From NCBI GenBank assembly GCA_965235115.1, contig OZ249444.1:25606001-25670000 (forward strand): DNA of 64,000 nt, read 5' to 3'. The notes under the pieces were generated by a model that was not told the origin of the DNA, did not search any database, and was given only the letters and a program-made list of their open reading frames with translations. Both the position numbers and the translations under genes were made by a program. This document shows, in pieces, positions 1 to 13,381 of the stretch. The stretch is from Laetmonice hystrix (lineage: Eukaryota). Within the stretch, counting starts at the first letter, position 1; each line of letters starts with the position of its first letter.

Positions 1-1081
1 CTTGGTTTCTCCCGCGGAGAGAGCCCTCCCTCAGGCTCTGGGAGACACCCACAGGACTCTCGAGAATAATGGCCGCTCCCCATTGTAATTGTGATGTAAA
101 TAACGACCGGTCCCCCCATCAACGCTGACCTCTGACCCCTGGGGGTGTGAGGTGTCGTGCTTGTGATGGGTGTTTATGGATGGGTTAGTAGGGTTGAGGG
201 TGAGGGTGAGGCTGCCTCACTCCCGGGTAGGTGTCGCCCTTTCGCTGGCCAGAAAGGTTGGTCCGAATGATGTGGTTCGGAAGATAAAATTGTTCGCTCC
301 CCTCTATCTCCGACCTGATCGTCATACGGTTTATACAGTAAGAGCAACCAATTATGGAGATGAAAACTGCAGTCTTTGCACAGTTTGAATTCAGCATCGA
401 AGAATGAATCTATTATTGATCAGTCATTTAGAGAATAGACTTTTAGACTTGGGGTTAACTTTGTGGTTTGTTTGGCCCCTCACATCTCCGTGTGCCAATT
501 TCTGGTCCCTTGAACACGTTGAAATACCCGGAAAATGTCATTAAAATCTGGGTAACCCCCAGAGCTGAAGGGTACGGAAATTCACCCCCCCCCCCCCATA
601 AAGGGGATAAATCACCCCCTGTGACCTTGGGCAGGAGATCCGATCCCTCCTGTTCAAATTGGTGACGGTTGGCCACGTCTGAAAGGTGTGCAGTGTTCCA
701 TCTCCCAATGTACTGAAGGCCTGCGGGAGGTGGGTAGAGGTTCCGTCTGCCGGCAGATGGTCCCAGGTACCTGGGTAGTCTTCTGTTTATGGCCGTGGGT
801 CTAACAATTATAAAACATCTGTTTAAGGTAAATATAGAAACATTTACAGTGAATTCGATGAGTTCAGTGCCTGTGGTGGGTTGTGATTTAGTCGATGGTG
901 TTGGTGCAGATGCTGGGCTACAGAATGTTAAAATTCTGACACTCAACCACCTTGGACCTAACCCCGAACCCAAGGCTGGAATCTGTTCGGATCCAAGGGG
1001 TGGGTTGTGGGTGCCAAGGGGTGGGTTGTGGGTGCCAAGGGGTGGGGGTGGGTGCCGAGGATCGGGGTGTGAGTGCCAAGG

Positions 1082-1578
1082 ATTAGGGTGTGGGTGGCAA
1101 GGATTGGGTGTGGGTGGCAAGGATTGGGTGTGGGTGGCAAGGATTGGGTGTGGGTGGCAAGGATTGGGTGTGGGTGGCAAGGATTGGGTGTGGGTGGCAA
1201 GGATTGGGTGTGGGTGGCAAGGAGTGGGGTGTGGGTGGCAAGGATTGGGTGTGGGTGGCAAGGATTGGGTGTGGGTGGCAAGGTTTGGGTGTGGGTGGCA
1301 AGGATTGGGTGTGGGTGGCAAGGATTGGGTGTGGGTGGCAAGGATTGGGTGTGGGTGGCAAGGATTGGGTGTGGGTGGCAAGGATTGGGTGTGGGTGGCA
1401 AGGATTGGGTGTGGGTGGCAAGGATTGGGTGTGGGTGGCAAGGATTGGGTGTGGGTGGCAAGGATTGGGTGTGGGTGGCAAGGATTGGGTGTGGGTGGCA
1501 AGGATTGGGTGTGGGTGGCAAGGATTGGGTGTGGGTGGCAAGGATTGGGTGTGGGTGGCAAGGATTGGGTGTGGGTCC
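1082..1578. repeat. Minisatellite, 20-bp unit GGGTGTGGGTGGCAAGGATT, about 25 copies
   Basis: Visible directly; explains the repetitive ORFs between 455 and 2249. Confidence 0.97.
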
Positions 1579-1721
1579 CAAAGGGAGGGTCGTCTCGAGC
1601 ATGTTTGGATTGAACCTTTCGAGCAGAAAGAAATCACTTTGGGTGATTGCGACTCCATACCCGCCACTGAAACCTCAGATATATCTGTTGGAAATATCGA
1701 ACTTTTCTTTGCCAGTCGTTT

Positions 1722-2172
1722 GCAGAGTTGGGGGCCGTGGCCATAGTGTCGTTTGTAGAGTTGGGGGCCATGGCCACAGTGTCGTTTGAAGAGTTGGGGG
1801 CCATGGCCACAGTGTCGTTTGAAGAGTTGGGGGCCATGGCCACAGTGTCGTTTGAAGAGTTGGGGGCCATGGCCCCAGTGTCGTTTGAAGAGTTGGGGGC
1901 CATGGCCACAGTGTCGTTTGTAGAGTTGGGGGCCATGGCCACAGTGTCGTTTGAAGAGTTGGGGGCCATGGCCACAGTGTCGTTTGTAGAGTTGGGGGCC
2001 GTGGCCACAGTGTCGTTTGTAGAGTTGGGGGCCATGGCCACAGTGTCGTTTGTAGAGTTGGGGCCATGGCCACAGTGTCGTTTGAAGAGTTGGGGGCCGT
2101 GGCCACAGTGTCGTTTGTAGAGTTGGGGGCCGTGGCCACAGTGTCGTTTGTAGAGTTGGGGGCCGTGGCCAT
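1722..2172. repeat. Minisatellite, 33-bp unit GGCCACAGTGTCGTTTGWAGAGTTGGGGGCCRT, about 13 copies
   Basis: Visible directly; 11-aa periodicity in the ORF track. Confidence 0.95.
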
Positions 2173-4005
2173 AGTGGCGATATATTTGAAATGTTGTCCC
2201 TGTAATGTGGCAACCAGAGCTGACCAGCGTACTGACTGCCCCAGGTCAAGTGGGCCGAGCTGAGGTAACATGGCGGCCCATACCGCTCGACCAGAGCCAG
2301 GGTCTGTGGTCAGGAGGCAATGTTGTTACTCCACCTGATAGGATCAGGGATCAGTCACATGGCGACAGGATCAGTCACGGGGATACGTTCAGTAGCACGG
2401 AGCGGTATAAGACGTTACGTAACGTTACAAAACGTCCGAATGTTCCGTAACGTATTGTGACGGTACGTGCTGTGTACTGAACGCACCCCTGGTGGACAGT
2501 GGTCGAGGTCAGAATATGATCCCGTCTGACACAGTGGTCAGGGTCAAATGTCAGACAACAGACCATGAGTCATGTGACGTGCTGGCCCCTTCTCGATGAC
2601 CTGGGATAATACATAAATCACGTGTACTGTACATATAGTGGTACTTACTGCAATTCATGGGAAAGTTTACCCCGATTCTTGTTAGTTGTGAATAATTTTC
2701 ACCCCCCACAAAATTCATGTCTGTTTTCTAAAGGGCACAACCCTGATGCTGATAAACTGGGTTGAGTGATGGGGCAGCGTCGGGGCTATCTGACCTAAAC
2801 CTAAAAGTGTATCCCACGGTGGCCATAAATTTAACATTGACTTGCAAATTGATTTTTAACAATATGACCCATTATTCATTATTAGGGGCTCCCCCCCCCG
2901 TGACGTGGCAGCGTGTGGGGTTTGGCAAGGTTTGAGGAGGAGGGTGACCGTGTGTGTGTGTGTGTGTGGGGGGGTGACCGTGGGTGGGTGGGGTGGGCTA
3001 CAATCAGTCAGCTGACTACCTCGCAGGTGAGAGTGGTTTAGCCGTACCTGACCACACTCACATTTCTCACCTGAATACCCTCGGGGCATCGTTAGGGTGG
3101 TCAGTGGCGGCTGATGTCGTTCAACTCAAATTACACACTTGGTTAGCTCCAGGGTTTGCCACTGTGAGGCAGGGGGCAGTGGTCCGACCGTCCGAGGGCT
3201 GGCTGGTCTCATACAAAATGTGAAAATGTCCGGCGCAATCACGAGTTAGGCAGGATGTTTTGATCTGGGATTAGGGATTGACGCGTCGGCAACAGTCAAG
3301 GTCAAATCAGGGTGGTCGGTTTTAGAGGTGACGAAAAGTTGGCAAACCGTCTCACGTGTGACCAAGAATTCGATAGATACAGGGAGAGGTTTATGGAGTT
3401 GAGATAATTGATAAATACCCACACCTGAGAACTGTGGCCCTGGGACGCCAGTGTATGGGATTGAGACTGGTCTCTGTGTACTAACAGATCAACAAGTTGG
3501 CCTTACGGAGCTCCAAATACCCTATTGTACCCAATCACCCCACAATCCTCTCTGCTAGGGATAATTTCATTCTTGACATTCTAGTCAAGGTAATAAAAGA
3601 GACAAATCTCCAGAAACCCCCACCAAAACGTTTCCCGGGAAGATGTATACATAAGCAATGGTTGAGTTGGACACACCTGGTTGACCAGGTGTGCCTGTCT
3701 CATTGTATTGGCCCAGGTGTTACATCCAGCCGGTGGTGTGAGCGTGTCGTACAGAGGGTGAGGGACACGTCCACGGTCAACACACTGCTTCTAATCCAGT
3801 AATCAGAACGGCCGTACGCTGTGGATACAGCGTGGGAGGGTTTACTGGGCGGTCCTTGTATAAACCGCTTCTCTTTGTATCTCTCACCTTTCTCAGAGAA
3901 CATCCCTCATAGAGGGTGTTACCGTACTGTAGTAATTATCCACCGGGGTTTAATACCGTTATTTAAACACCTGAGCTAGAAGTAGAGATCTCGTTTGAAG
4001 CCTCG

Positions 4006-5347
4006 GAGACTCTGCGGTGAGGACAGTGTTCAGAGAGCCCTGCCCGTGCCCAGACTCTGCGGTGAGGACAGTGTTCAGAGAGCCCTGTCCAAGCCCAGAC
4101 TGTGGTGAGGACAGTGTTCAGAGAGCCCTGTCCAAGCCCAGACTCTGCAGTGAGGACAGTGTTCGGAGAGCCCTGTCCGAGCCCAGACTCTGCAGTGAGG
4201 ACAGTGTTCGGAGAGCCCTGCCCGAGCCCAGACTGTGGTGAGGACAGTGTTCGGAGAGCCCTGCCCGAGCCCAGACTCCGCGGTGAGGACAGTGTTCAGA
4301 GAGCCCTGTCCGAGCCCAGACTGTGGTGAGGACAGTGTTCAGAGAGCCCTGTCTGTGTTCAGAGAGCCCTGTCCGAGCCCAGACTCTGCGGTGAGGACAG
4401 TGTTCAGAGAGCCCTGCCCGAGCCCAGACTCTGCGGTGAGGACAGTGTTCAGAGAGCCCTGTCCAAGCCCAGACTCTGCAGTGAGGACAGTGTTCGGAGA
4501 GCCCTGCCCGAGCCCAGACTCTGCAGTGAGGACAGTGTTCGGAGAGCCCTGTCCGAGCCCAGACTGTGGTGAGGACAGTGTTCAGAGAGCCCTGTCCGAG
4601 CCCAGACTGTGGTGAGGACAGTGTTCGGAGAGCCCTGCCCGAGCCCAGACTCTGCAGTGAGGACAGTGTTCGGAGAGCCTTGTCCGTGTTCGGAGAGCCC
4701 TGCCCGAGCCCAGACTCTGCAGTGAGGACAGTGTTCGGAGAGCCCTGCCCGTGCCCAGACTCTGCAGTGAGGACAGTGTTCGGAGAGCCCTGCCCGAGCC
4801 CAGACTCTGCAGTGAGGACAGTGTTCGGAGAGCCCTGCCCGAGCCCAGACTCTGCGGTGAGGACAGTGTTCGGAGAGCCCTGTCCGTGTTCGGAGAGCCC
4901 TGCCCGAGCCCAGACTCTGCGGTGAGGACAGTGTTCGGAGAGCCCTGTCCGTGTTCGGAGAGCCCTGCCCGAGCCCAGACTCTGCGGTGAGGACAGTGTT
5001 TGGAGAGCCCTGTCCGAGCCCAGACTCTGCGGTGAGGACAGTGTTCAGAGAGCCCTGTCCAAGCCCAGACTATGCGGTGAGGACAGTGTTCAGAGGGCCC
5101 TGTCCGAGCCCAGACTATGGTGAGGACAGTGCTCCGAGAGCCCTGTCCGTGTTCGGAGAGCCCTGTCCGAGCCCAGACTCTGCGGTGAGGACAGTGTTCA
5201 GAGAGCCCTGTCCAAGCCCAGACTGTGGTGAGGCCAGTGTTCAGAGAGCCCTGTCCGTGTTCAGAGAGCCCTGTCCGAGCCCAGACTCTGCAGTGAGGAC
5301 AGTGTTCGGAGAGCCCTGTCCGAGCCCAGACTCTGCGGTGAGGACAG
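4006..5347. repeat. Minisatellite, 45-bp unit (43-bp variants and 19-bp sub-duplications), about 30 units
   Basis: Unit GTGAGGACAGTGTTCRGAGAGCCCTGYCCGAGCCCAGACTCTGCR. Confidence 0.95.
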
Positions 5348-5685
5348 ATGTCGTTTGAGGTCGACTCAGTGAGGCTGAACTAATGAGGACCTCAGGTTTG
5401 AGCAGGGTTCACCAAGCCGATAATTTAAAGGTTCCCCCGGAGACAACAGCTAGACCAGTAATGTTAACGGTGAGACAGGAGGCGGGGCTGGGGTCATTTA
5501 CAGACACGGGAACCCTGCTCCGGACCGTCACCATAAAAGGCATTTCTTGGGACGCTCTTGGACCTCAAGGTCAATGATGTCAAAGGCCATGATGTTGTCA
5601 AAGACCAAACCGGATATTGTCAATGCTTAGGGCCACACCGAACATAGATTTGAACACTGCTCTTTGGCCAGTTTGGGGACTACAG

Positions 5686-5949
5686 GGCCCGTTTTTTTTG
5701 TTTACTTTTCCACCGTGAGCAAGGGTGAGCTGAGCTGAGCAAGGGTGAGCATGAGCTCATTCTCACCGTTTTCGTGTTTTTTTGGTTGCTTTTTTTCCAT
5801 GAGGCGTGCTCGTGGTGAGCAAGCTCACGGAAAAACACCCCAAAAAAACGAAAACAGTGAGCAAAACGGTGAGCATGAGCTTCTGCTCACCCTTGCTCAG
5901 CTCAGCTCACCCTTGCTCACGGTGGAAAAGTAAACAAAAAAACCGGGCC
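5686..5949. mobile_element. MITE, 264 bp, about 70-bp terminal inverted repeats starting GGCCCG, CAG target-site duplication
   Basis: GGCCCGTTTTTTTTGTTTACTTTTCCACCGTGAGCAAGGGTGAGCTGAGC at the left end and its reverse complement at the right end; CAG at 5683-5685 and 5950-5952; second copy at 30847. Confidence 0.9.
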
Positions 5950-8900
5950 CAGAACTGTAAACAAGCTGAAGTAAAAACCGTAATAAAATTACTCGGTTTC
6001 AAATTGGTTTTGTCATGAGAGACAAGATCTTTTCAAGCCTAATTGCATTGGCCTTTTGAGAAGGTGCCAAATTAGGATACCACTCTACTGTATAAATAAA
6101 CCAAAGCCAGCAAGAGTGCGTCTGGAGGTATGTCCTTGTTAAGGTAATAATATGTTTTAGGAGAAAATCGTTGCTCCAAGTGTCAGACCTGCATACACAA
6201 GGCAAACAAGTGAAATATTTGCCAAATTCTTTTTTTCTACTTTATTCCTGTAGATTCAATGCGTTCTGTGGTTTACATAAGGCAATGCAAAACATTTGAT
6301 CATGCGACCTCTAAGTAAACGGACAGCCAAGAAAAAAAACAAGTACTCTGTGCAAGGAAAGATTTTCCGTTTCAGTGAAAACCCTTTGCCGTCAGTAATA
6401 TACTCTCTATAGTTTATACAGGTCGTAAACTCTGATCTTATTTAGGATTTCTCCCTCCCTGCCAAACCTTATAATTATTCTAGAGGATGTGAGGATGCTG
6501 AGACGAGAAAATGTACTTGGATCAGAATGTGGGTGTGAGTAAGCTTAGGAAAATGTCAGTAAACCATGTGGTATGATTATACATAACGTTGACATCATTG
6601 TAGACATCAGACGACCTCACCATGTGGGGTTCAGGAAACAATAGGCCCTATTACCATCAGACTGTAGGACAGTTTACAAATATTCTCCCAAAGAGACATG
6701 TGCAAGTCTGGTATGACAATAAACTCAGTCATCCAAACAGCTTCACAACGGAGCATCCTCACTCCTTCAAATTCTTGTAGAGAGACCCGTGCACATCTGT
6801 TGTAACAATTGTCGCGTTTTCTGACTCCTCGGAATATAAATGTATCACTCTGTTATAGAAGCGTCAGTCACCTTGAGACAGCTGTTTCTGTTCGCAGCTG
6901 TATCTGCCTCAGGTTGCCGTCTGTTCTCGGCTGACAAAGGCTGACAAAGGCTGACAAAGGCCACACGCCAGACCAGATTAGAACGGTCACTGGGGGCCAT
7001 TTCAAAACTCCGGCTGTGTCTAAACTATCGTTGTTACATAATCACGGAGCTGTGACGGTATTAGCGGAGATAGAACTGACTGGTCTAGATAACGCCGCCA
7101 ACAATTACAGGGTCGGTTCTCAGACTGTGTTCTCTACTCTCACACGTTTATTGTCCGCAAAGCTTGATTCAGATGGATTGCTGGAAAATGCTTGGGGAAC
7201 TCTTGATCACAACTTGTGGGTTATATGACCTGTTGGTTAGTGTTTCCTTTGATCCGTTGTGAGTAAAGATGGCACATCAGTGAAAGTTCTGAGTTTATTG
7301 AAATGTTGATTTTGTCAAGACAGGATTCTTGTTTGATTGAAAGATTTCAAACAAATAATTCTTTATACATAAAACATACGATTTTCGTGGGAAGTTTACC
7401 TTGGGGGAATAGCCGCCTGTATTTACTTAAGAAATCAGCAGATGTTTGAAGAGGTTATTTTTTGGGTCTGGAACAAAGGTGGACGTTGAGTGGTGAAACT
7501 GGCAGGTCCAGGTGTGAGGAAACACATCACAGGCGGCGTGGGCCTGGTCATCATGGTAGTGGTCAGCCTGGGGGTGGGGGTCGGGACGGGGTGTTGTCTG
7601 GTACCCCTGAAGGGTGACCAATCCACCCCTCACTCCCCGGGACATCCCACTGCCAGCATCACCTGGTGGCCACGTGGCTTAAATGTTCCAATTTCAACAG
7701 TACTTATATATTAGGTAAATATATATTCAGGGAAACGGAAGATTCCAATTTAGTGTTTGAGTAATTTCATAAAGCTGACAAAGAACGCTATGTACAATAA
7801 TAGTGTATTGAATACTAAGAATATATAATCTAATAAATGGCTTAATTAAGGCGAAAAATTAAGAGTACATAAGGAGGTCTGACTCTGGGAATGCCTTCAA
7901 GTAAGGGGGTGGGGGGATGGGGAGGCTGGGGGGAGGGGACGAGGGGTTATTATAGGGATTCCCACGAGTCCCACAAATCGAAAACAAACACATTGACACA
8001 TATTGCTGACTTACAAGTTTGTGCAGTTCAGTTCGGGAAACTCGATCTTAGAAAGTATCAGGGAACCCATTCAAGTGATCAGCATTTGTTAGGGGTGATA
8101 AGAGTCACCCCAGGGGTGATAAGAAGCACCCCAAGTGGCAGTAATGGACCCGACCGTTGTGACCGTGATTTAGCGACGCGCGACCTTTGATCTGTAGGGA
8201 TCCCATTATCACACCTGAGTCTGGGTAATTACACCGATAAACTGATCTCTTCCCAACCCTCCTGGTCGGGTACTCACCCTCCATCAGGGGGGTAACAAGC
8301 AGAACCCCATTCACTGTCCAGGTCACAATGCCATGGGCCGTGTGGTGGGGGTAATAATAGTAGGTGTTGGGTTACCCCTTTGGTCACCCTGTTGTGGTGT
8401 TACAGGGAGATATGCCTGTGAAAGGGTCCGGTTGTGTCACCTGTTGTGTCCAGGTTATATGGTGGGCAAGGTCCCAATACATCACGGTCATAGGTCAGAG
8501 GTCAAGGACATAATGATTCACGCCTTATCTCTGAACTATGCAGTGTTCACGGACTTTGAACAGGTTAACCTTAAGTGCCCCTGCCGTTATTTACCATATA
8601 AACCTTCCAAGTGTTATTTTAATACACGCTTTCACTTTGATCTGGTAATCTAGATAAGAAACGACATTCCAGGAGAAGATAGCGATCTCACTCTGAGATT
8701 TAATGGATGCGTATTTCTATGATCTTCACTCAGAGTCGGCGTCCTCCCCTACACCACCGCCAGTCAGGGGCACAATGTTACTTTGTAAGAGTTTCAATCA
8801 AAACTCTGGTCAATCAGACCGAATTCCTGGTAACTTTGGAAATTGTATGAAATCATTTTGTCAAATTCATTCTGATTTAATTTTCCAAATTTACACAGTA

Positions 8901-9160
8901 ATTTGAACCATGACGTTGACGTCAGTGTAAAGTCCAGAGTGAGTTCCAGACATGGGCCGTACTGTGCCCAGAGATCTTGACATCCTAGTACCACCATCTC
9001 TGCTGTGCCTGTAGGCGAGTTGCAGTATGTGATGGAATGTTGAGATACACAGGACAGTTTAACATGGAGACGTTTAACCCAGCAGACCGTCCCTGGTATA
9101 GTCAATGTTGACATTAATACATGATTGATGAAACAAGCTAAATCAGGGCCTTGATTTATG

Positions 9161-10562
9161 TTGGAAGGTACAAACATCTGAAAGACGATCAGAACTCGGT
9201 GGTTGAATGAACCGTGTATTGTGGGTTTTAGGTTGGAAGGTACAAACATCTGAAAGACGATCAGAACTCGGTGGTTGAATGAACCGTGTATTGTGGGATT
9301 CAGGTTGGAAGGTACAAACATCTGAAAGACGATCAGAACTCGGTGTAGATGTTGAATGAACCGTGTATTGTGGGATTCAGGTTGGAAGGTACAAACATCT
9401 GAAAGACGATCAGAACTCGGTGGTTGAATGAACCGTGTATTGTGGGATTCATGTTGGAAGGTACAAACATCTGAAAGACGATCAGAACTCGGTGGTTGAA
9501 TGAACCGTGTATTGTGGGATTCAGGTTGGAAGGTACAGACATCTGAAAGACGATCAGAACTCGGTGGTTGAATGAACCGTGTATTGTGGGATTCAGGTTG
9601 GAAGGTACAGACATCTGAAAGACGATCAGAACTCGGTGGTTGAATGAACCGTGTATTGTGGGATTCAGGTTGGAAGGTACAGACATCTGAAAGACGATCA
9701 GAACTCGGTGGTTGAATGAACCGTGTATTGTGGGATTCAGGTTGGAAGGTACAAACATCTGAAAGACGATCAGAACTCGGTGTAGATGTTGAATGAACCG
9801 TGCATTGTGGGATTCAGGTTGGAAGGTACAAACATCTGAAAGACGATCAGAACTCGGTGTAGATGTTGAATGAACCGTGTATTGTGGGATTCAGGTTGGA
9901 AGGTACAAACATCTGAAAGACGATCAGAACTCGGTGTAGATGTTGAATGAACCGTGCATTGTGGGATTCAGGTTGGAAGGTACAAACATCTGAAAGACGA
10001 TCAGAACTCGGTGGTTGAATGAACCGTGTATTGTGGGATTCAGGTTGGAAGGTACAAACATCTGAAAGACGATCAGAACTTGCTGTAGATGTTGAATGAA
10101 CCGTGTATTGTGGGATTCAGGTTGGAAGGTACAAACATCTGAAAGACGATCAGAACTCGGTGGTTGAATGAACCGTGTATTGTGGGATTCAGGTTGGAAG
10201 GTACAAACATCTGAAAGACGATCAGAACTCGGTGGTTGAATGAACCGTGTATTGTGGGATTCAGGTTGGAAGGTACAAACATCTGAAAGACGATCAGAAC
10301 TCGGTGGTTGAATGAACCGTGTATTGTGGGATTCAGGTTGGAAGGTACAAACATCTGAAAGACGATCAGAACTCGGTGGTTGAATGAACCGTGTATTGTG
10401 GGATTCAGGTTGGAAGGTACAAACATCTGAAAGACGATCAGAACTCGGTGGTTGAATGAACCGTGTATTGTGGGTTTTAGGTTGGAAGGTACAAACATCT
10501 GAAAGACGATCAGAACTCGGTGGTTGAATGAACCGTGTATTGTGGGATTCAGGTTGGAAGGT
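9161..10562. repeat. Minisatellite, 72-bp unit (77-bp variant), about 19 copies
   Basis: Unit GGTTGGAAGGTACAAACATCTGAAAGACGATCAGAACTCGGTGGTTGAATGAACCGTGTATTGTGGGATTCA. Confidence 0.97.
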
Positions 10563-10768
10563 GGAAGAGGTGATGTGGGGGTGCCGGTGTATGTATGCGG
10601 AGGGGGGGGGGGGGTCCCGAATTTCTTTATTTTCTGGGGATTCTTCCATGGGGGAACCCGGATTTACGTAACACTATATCTGAAGGGGGCCTTAGTCTAG
10701 CACGAAATACACACGATGTGATTGTGCGGGTGTGAGTCTGGCACCCAGTCTCGTTGGTCTGACCGTCT

Positions 10769-11545
10769 GACAGGGCAGTGCAGGTGACACAGCGATTTAC
10801 AGGGCAGTGCAGGTGACACAGCGATTTACAGGGCAGTGCAGGTGACACAGCGATTTACAGGGCAGTGCAGGTGACACAGCGATTTACAGGGCAGTGCAGG
10901 TGACACAGCGATTTACAGGGCAGTGCAGGTGACAGCCATTTACAGGGCAGTGCAGGTGACAGTGATGTACAGGGCAGTGCAGGTGACAGCGATTTACAGG
11001 GCAGTGAAGGTGACAGTGATGTACAGGGCAGTGCAGGTGACACAGTGATTTACAGGGCAGTGCAGGTGACACAGCGATTTACAGGGCAGTGCAGGTGACA
11101 GCCATTTACAGGGCAGTGCAGGTGACAACCATTTACAGGGCAGTGCAGGTGACAACCATTTACAGGGCAGTGCAGGTGACAACCATTTACAGGGCAGTGC
11201 AGGTGACAGCCATTTACAGGGCAGTGCAGGGGACAACCATTTACAGGGCAGTGGAGGTGACAACCATTTACAGGGCAGTGCAGGTGACAGCCATTCACAG
11301 GGCAGTACAGGGGACACAGCCATTTACAGGGCAGTGCAGGTGACAACCATTTACAGGGCAGTGCAGGTGACAGCCATTTACAGGGCAGTGCAGGGGACAC
11401 AGCCCTTTACAGGACAGTGCAGGTGACAGCCATTTACAGGGCAGTGCAGGTGACTACCATTTACAGGGCAGTGCAGGTGACAGCCATTTACAGGGCAGTG
11501 CAGGGGACACAGCCATTTACAGGACAGTGCAGGTGACACAGCCAT
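10769..11545. repeat. Minisatellite, 27/29-bp unit ACAGGGCAGTGCAGGTGAC(AC)AGCSATTT
   Basis: Visible directly. Confidence 0.95.
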
Positions 11546-12221
11546 TTCACAGCCAACCACAGTCAGACAGGAGTCAATCTATCTCAGCTTTAATTTGGAC
11601 AAGACTTGCTTGAAGGGAGAGTTTGTCATAAAAAATAACACTCCTCTCGCTCTTGTGAGGAACATCAGATAGTAGATGGGGAAGAAGGTATGTCTGAAGA
11701 CTTTGAAATAAAAAGAAAACACAGAAAATAGCTGGCAGGTGAGTCAACTTTTTGTGTGTCCAGGTGTTGGACTGGCAGCGTGTCTGGGATGTGAGGGGGG
11801 AGGGGATGTCTCCACAAAATGGAGGGAGGGGGGGGGGGTTAAAAACACTAAACATCTACCCCTCGCCCTAACATGAACATTCACCCGTACTCCTATACTG
11901 GCGGGAGTATTACTATGAGATGACTAGGGCCACAGCCGGGGTACTCATTCTGTATGCGGGACACGAACGACGTGCCCAGATCCCGGGGTGGTGGGAATGC
12001 TTGGGGTAAATAACTCTGGGGGTGACTTCAGTGGGGGTTGGGGGGTGACGACAGCAGTCAGGGGGTATGGACGCCCAGACCTGTCATGGCTCAAAGACAT
12101 TCGTGTGCTCATCTCAACACCTATTCCAATGAAAATCTCATTCATCTTAATAAATCGTTCAACTTCGTGAAAATCCCATGCTAAAGGGATTTTACAATCA
12201 TTATCCATGCAAGGAGGGCCA

Positions 12222-12530
12222 GGATGTCTCCACGACCCATACAATGAGGGCAGGTATCTCCCCACTCTATATGAGGGCCGAGTATCTCCACGACCCATAC
12301 AATGAGGGCAGGTATCTCCCCACTCTATACAATGAGGGCCGAGTATCTCCACGACCCATACAATGAGGGCAGGTATCTCCCCACTCTATATGAGGGCCGA
12401 GTATCTCCACGACCCATACAATGAGGGCAGGTATCTCCCCACTCTATACAATGAGGGCCGAGTATCTCCACGACCCATACAATGAGGGCAGGTATCTCCC
12501 CACTCTATACAATGAGGGCCGAGTATCTCC
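12222..12530. repeat. Minisatellite of alternating ~30-bp subunits (ATGAGGGCCGAGTATCTCC / ATGAGGGCAGGTATCTCC)
   Basis: Visible directly. Confidence 0.9.
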
Positions 12531-12876
12531 CATTCCCACTCACAATCCTCATACAGACATTCGAATACTGGTGAGAATTTTGTGTAAAATAAATGTTCCA
12601 TTCCACTGAAGGTTACCGGGGTACTGTGATAAAAGTGGCAGTCACTTTGATCTAAAAAAAGGTCTGAACCTCTGCCAACAACAGTTTGACTAGGACGGAG
12701 TGGAGTAAACATTTTTCTGCATCAGTTACGTTTGTGCAAGCAATGACTGTCACAAAAAAAGCCCAGTAAAAAAAAAGTTTTAGAAGGAGAAGGGGAGGAT
12801 GGGAGTTGGCAAAGTTGTGTCAGTGTTAGAACGCCATGCCAGTTTTTGTTATTCTCCGATCAGGTCTGATGGTTGA

Positions 12877-13157
12877 CAGATGTATGGTTTATGGTGACCT
12901 GCATGATGACTTGTAAACGTTGTGGTGGTGATTGCAGGTCGTAGCCAACAGATGTATCGGTTTATGGTGACCTGCATGATGACTTGTAAACGTTGTGGTG
13001 GTGATTGCAGGTCGTAGCCAACAGATGTATGGTTTACGGTCACCTGCATGACGACTTGTAAACGTTGTGGTGGTGATTGCAGGTCGTAGCCAACAGATGT
13101 ATGGTTTATGGTACCCTGCATGACGACTTGTAAACGTTGTGGTGGTGACTACAGGTC
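12877..13157. repeat. Tandem repeat, 72-bp unit, about 4 copies
   Basis: GATGTATGGTTTATGGTGACCTGCATGATGACTTGTAAACGTTGTGGTGG repeated. Confidence 0.9.
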
Positions 13158-13381
13158 GGCTGAGGCTAAAGTCTGCCTTCACATGAATACTTCAAACATT
13201 AACCGTCATGTATATTGAACCAGAGATTATTATGAATGTATGTCACAGTTAGTTGGCATGACTTCAGGAGCGTTAACTTAAGAGTAAATTTTATTATGAA
13301 AATATCAGTTTAACATAAACATGGATATAAAAGTGTAAAATATTATTCTTAATTTTTCTTCTTGTCTTTCTCTGTTTTCAG

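Noticed and set aside
455-2271. Long Pro/His- or Trp/Gly-rich ORFs in several frames
   Set aside because: They are translations of the 20-bp and 33-bp minisatellites, open on both strands, with no domain.
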